DNA of 63,486 bases, filler included, from Chiloscyllium plagiosum (taxonomy: Eukaryota): NCBI RefSeq assembly GCF_004010195.1. It is 4 parts of 2 records of this genome, joined end to end, with 100 filler letters (N's around TTAATTAATTAA, not from the genome) between each part and the next. Parts side by side here need not be neighbours in the genome. Positions count along the whole stretch, not along the records: positions 61,592 to 63,486 come from NC_057715.1; 3 more parts are not named here. One strand, given 5' to 3'. Positions 61,592 through 63,486 of this stretch are shown here, one piece after another (the first letter of the stretch is position 1; each line of letters begins with the position of its first letter). The notes beneath the pieces were generated by a model that saw nothing but the letters and a program-made list of their open reading frames with translations, made no database searches and was not told the origin of the DNA. Position numbers and translations under genes: made by a program.

Positions 61592-63332
61592 TCTCAGTGC
61601 TAACGTTTTAGAGGGGATTTTAAAATCTACATTTAGCAAGGATATTGGTCTGTATGATGTACAATCTTCTGGGTCCTTTCCTTTTTTAAGGATAAGAGAG
61701 ATATTTGCTCTTTCAGCGAAGGTGGGAGACAGCCCTGACTATATGCATAGTTATACATGTCCATAAGTGGACCAGCCAATATTTCTGTAAATTCTTTATA
61801 GAATTCAGCTTGAAAGCCATCTGGGCCGGGTGCCTTACCGCTCTGAAGTTGCCTAATTGCATCAAGTATTTCTTGGACTGTTAGAGGAGCATTTAGGACC
61901 GATACCTGTTCCGGAGTTAGTTCTGGAAAGGTCAATTTTTTTAAAAATGACTGCATCCTCCTCGTCCTATCTTCACAATCATGCGATTTATATAACTGAG
62001 AATAAAATTCTCTAAAGATCGCATTAATCTTTTTATGATCATGAGTCAGAATACCCGTACTTTCCTTGATAGACGTAATAATCTGAGGGGCCTTTTTTTT
62101 CTTTGCAAGAAATGCTAAGTATTTACCCAGTTTGTCGCCATATTCATATAACCTTTGATTTGCAAATAATATTTCCCTCTTAGCCGTTTGAGTAAGCGTA
62201 GTGTTTAGAGCTGTCCTAAGAGCCTAATCCTTTGCAATTTAATAATAGAAGGTCTATCAGTGTATGCTGTTTCAGCTGCTTTTAAGCGAGCTTCAAGCAG
62301 ACACTGTTGTTCTCCCTTCAATTTCTTCTGGGTCGCTGAGTAGGAGATGATCAAACCTCGCGTGTAAGCTTTAATGGTGTCCCACATCATTGATGGGTTG
62401 CTAGCTGTACCTGAATTAATTTCTAAAAAAATTTTAAATTTTTGAGAGAAGTACTTTACAAATTTACTATCTTTCATTAGGAAGGGGTCCATATGTCAAT
62501 GCCGAGGGGATGTCCCATTGTTCCTCGTCTTAGTTTCCATATATACAGCAGCGTGGTCGGAAATTGCTATACTACCTATTTTACAGGATGATATAGAATT
62601 TTAAAAAATCGAGGGGGCAAAAAACATATCAATTCTAGTATGACATTTATGTGGATTGGAGTAGAAAGAAAAATCTCTGCCCTGTGGATGAAGACTAATC
62701 CTAATTCTTTGTTCAGATCCATCAATTGTCTAGATCTGGGAGATACTCCTGCAGTACTCTTGGGAATCCTATCTATTTCTGGATCCATAATACAATTAAA
62801 GTCTCCCCCTATAATTGTATGATGGACACCAAAAGCCATCAATTTTGAAAAGGCTTCTGTTATAAATTTAAAGGGGTGTGCCGAGGGGCAGTACAAATTT
62901 AAAATCCCATATTCCTCTCCATTTATGAGAGCAAGCCATCAATTTTGAAAAGGCTTCCGTTATAAATTTAAAGGGGTGTGCCGGGGGAGGGCAGTTAAAA
63001 TTTAAAATCCCATATTCCTCTCCATTTATGAGGGCTTTAATCAAAATATATCGTCCAGATTCGTCTTTTATCTGCTTTAGGATTTTGAAAGGGAAATTCT
63101 TCCGAACAAGAATAACAACTCCCCAGCTTTTTGAGCTAAAAGAAGAAAAAAAGGCCTGATCAAATCCACCCTGTCGTAATTTCAAGTGTTCTTTATCCGA
63201 CAGGTCTCTCTCCTGTAGGAGAGCTATATCAACTCTTTCCTTCTGAAGATTTGATAATATTTTCTTCCTTTTGACTGGCGAATTACTCTCCTTGACATTC
63301 CAAGTGCACCACTTAACCGACTGATCAACCAT
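61592..63332 (-). mobile_element. L1-clade LINE ORF2 5' half (APE endonuclease to start of RT), frameshifted, with ~101-bp tandem duplication at ~62832-63031
   Basis: MVDQSVKWCTWNVKESNSPVKRKKIL..DIALLQE; IIGGDFN; MWDTIKAYTRGLIISY; KAPGPDGFQAEFYKEF. Confidence 0.9.
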
Positions 63333-63486
63333 AATCATCCGGGCAAATCCGAGACCCCTCGGGAGGGAAATCCCTATCCGGAACATCCTGAGCATAGAGC
63401 GTATAAAATTTTCAAAAATAAAGCCTCTCTAATACACTCGCACCAATACAATAAAAAACTATTTCTAAATAAAAAAAATATAAAAC

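Overview
Vertebrate genomic DNA, almost certainly a cartilaginous fish (inferred from HE1-type V-SINEs, HER1/CR1-type LINEs and a GPR139-like exon). It is a gapped draft scaffold with several N runs, three of them carrying an artificial TTAATTAATTAA spacer. 1-6600 is a GT-rich ~58-bp satellite. The rest is mostly nested retroelement debris (CR1, Rex1/Babar, L1, Tx1, Penelope, Gypsy, SINEs) around a few unique islands. These islands hold an orphan first exon of a GPR139/142-like GPCR (9577-9709), a probable decayed multi-exon gene on the minus strand (24845-34985) and one open candidate terminal exon (39377-39603). Most notable: (1) a 3.7-kb pile-up (25348-29074) of about 10 poly(A)-tailed Tx1-clade insertions at one site next to the TATA box of a Gypsy LTR, several carrying 3'-transduced LTR flanks from other loci; (2) a poly(A)-tailed Gypsy integrase fragment retroposed into the same LTR site at a second locus (38628-38943), suggesting an LTR-promoter-targeting non-LTR retrotransposon; (3) Penelope-derived TSD-flanked hairpin elements centred on minimal hammerhead-ribozyme cores. 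Repeat boundaries were read by eye and are approximate unless a TSD is quoted.
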